From positions 1 through 52,870 of the IMG/VR virus record IMGVR_UViG_3300044941_000088: a stretch of DNA of 52,870 nucleotides. One strand, given 5' to 3'. The notes below the pieces were generated by a model. The model had not been told where the DNA came from, ran no database searches, and saw only the letters and a list, made by a program, of their open reading frames with translations. This stretch comes from a virus. Lineage: Duplodnaviria; Caudoviricetes. The position numbers were made by a program, and so were the translations under genes. Of this stretch, positions 51,802-52,870 are shown one piece after another (the first letter of the stretch is position 1; each line of letters opens with the position of its first letter).

Positions 51802-52286
51802 TGCCCGTGAAAATCGTGACCGACACTCCGGCGCAGCGGGCGGCAACCGCGACGGTTTCGCTCAACACCGGCAACGCGGTTATTGTCGAGGCGAACTACT
51901 TTTCGGTGCCGCTTGAGGACGGGGATGCGGACGACGCCTGGGTGACGCCGGACCCGAGCGATGCAGAGGACCGCGAACTGCGCCCCGGAGAGGTGTTCAT
52001 TTCTGCTCCGATGCTGTTTTGCAATACCGGGGGGACCGCGCGGACGGTGATTGTCGAGCTTGTGCGCGAAGGCGGCGCGGTTGTCAGGCTGGCCGACCTG
52101 TGGGTGCCGGGCAATGACACGCGTCAGATGCCTGCGGGGCTGCGTCTGTTCAAGCGCAATCTTGCCAGCCCGAACGCCGCAGGCGACCTGTTGCGAGCGC
52201 GTCTGACGAGCGGAAGCGGCGTCAACGCCATTGTCACCTACGTCGAGCGGCAAGCGCTTGAGCACGCGCCGAATACAGAGGGCTGA
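51798..52286 (+). CDS. Tail-fibre-associated hypothetical protein
   Basis: Coupled start; beta-rich 162 aa. Confidence 0.65.
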   Translation: MMPVKIVTDTPAQRAATATVSLNTGNAVIVEANYFSVPLEDGDADDAWVTPDPSDAEDRELRPGEVFISAPMLFCNTGGTARTVIVELVREGGAVVRLADLWVPGNDTRQMPAGLRLFKRNLASPNAAGDLLRARLTSGSGVNAIVTYVERQALEHAPNTEG

Positions 52287-52287
52287 C

Positions 52288-52870
52288 ATGTCGGATTTTC
52301 TTTCCGGTCGGAATCTGCTCATCGGCCACGGCGTTCCAGGCGCCCCGACAGCGAATACGCCTGAGATGCAGGGCGCGATGCGGGCGGGCGCGGAGGGGCT
52401 GGCGCAATACCGCAACGCGGACGGCTGGCGCGACCTGCCGCTCGTCCTGCCCTTGGCCGCCGTAACCCGCACGGTCGGGCCGGGCGGAGCCTACACCGAC
52501 CTCGGCGCCGCGCTGGCGTGGGCAGCGGCGCATGTCCAGTCGCCGGGCGGCAAGGAGGGCGTGATCCTTGAGACGCTGCCGGGCCTCACGGCGGCGGCGC
52601 CCATCGACCTGCGGGGCCTTGACCTTCGCCATGTGTGGTTGCGCGGCGCGGGCATCGACGTGCCGCTCGCCGCGATGACGGGCCTTGTGACAGACGAGCA
52701 TGGCAACAGCGCGCGGACCTTCGTGAACCTCGCGGACAGCGGTCTTGTGATCGACTGCCCGGTGACCTGCACCTTCACGGCGTGGACGGGCGGGAACAGC
52801 GACCTCGGCCCCTCGGGCGAGTTGCTGCACGCGGTGCTGGCGCGGGGCGGGGCGTTCGTGCTTGGCCCCT
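52288..52870 (+). CDS. Tail fibre/spike-like protein, truncated by window end
   Basis: Not in ORF track. Manual translation: MSDFLSGRNLLIGHGVPG...TRTVGPGGAYTDLGAALAWAA...IDLRGLDLRHVWLRG. Confidence 0.65.
   Translation, partial: MSDFLSGRNLLIGHGVPGAPTANTPEMQGAMRAGAEGLAQYRNADGWRDLPLVLPLAAVTRTVGPGGAYTDLGAALAWAAAHVQSPGGKEGVILETLPGLTAAAPIDLRGLDLRHVWLRGAGIDVPLAAMTGLVTDEHGNSARTFVNLADSGLVIDCPVTCTFTAWTGGNSDLGPSGELLHAVLARGGAFVLGP

Noticed and set aside
49633-51846. Long antisense ORFs (49633-51846; also 4593-5597, 6207-7415, 22822-24255, 27949-29301)
   Set aside because: Opposite-strand shadows of well-supported genes in GC-rich DNA, Arg-rich and without motifs
48303-52870. Diversity-generating retroelement acting on tail fibres
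   Set aside because: No reverse transcriptase and no TR/VR pair differing at adenines seen in the window
1-52870. Integrase/att sites, endolysin-holin, tRNA or rRNA genes
   Set aside because: No recognisable motifs found by eye; they may lie outside the window or be too divergent

Overview
The window is most of the genome of a GC-rich, podovirus-like tailed dsDNA phage, organised in four blocks. (i) A leftward packaging block (small and large terminase) is followed by an accessory cassette at 1-1.7 kb. (ii) A rightward virion block runs 4-29.4 kb: portal, scaffold, major capsid, tail adaptor/nozzle, ejection proteins, and a 3869-aa polyvalent protein with strawberry-notch-like SF2 helicase, HExxH peptidase and PLxRFG motifs. 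(iii) A leftward early/replication block runs 29.4-47.9 kb: primase-DUF927, SSB-like protein, SNF2 helicase, VRR-NUC, Cas4-like nuclease, family A polymerase, and a MoxR-like AAA with a vWA/peptidase partner. (iv) A rightward tail fibre/spike block starts at 48.3 kb and runs off the end. I saw no integrase, lysis cassette, tRNA or CRISPR array. The most striking locus is 1-1250. A solitary Cas7-like RAMP gene (frameshifted as given, with a clear G-rich loop the ORF track missed) is flanked on both sides by 6-nt-periodic arrays of constant CGCC plus variable NN, and is followed by a DUF6948-like gene. This is a candidate RNA-guided system with a non-contiguous guide code. Other notable signals are about 25 dispersed copies of a 15-bp palindrome (GTTACACnGTGTAAC), a candidate anti-Shine-Dalgarno sRNA at about 48.13-48.21 kb, a leaderless polA promoter and two further apparent single-base frameshifts. 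All family assignments come from motif recognition by eye, not from database searches.
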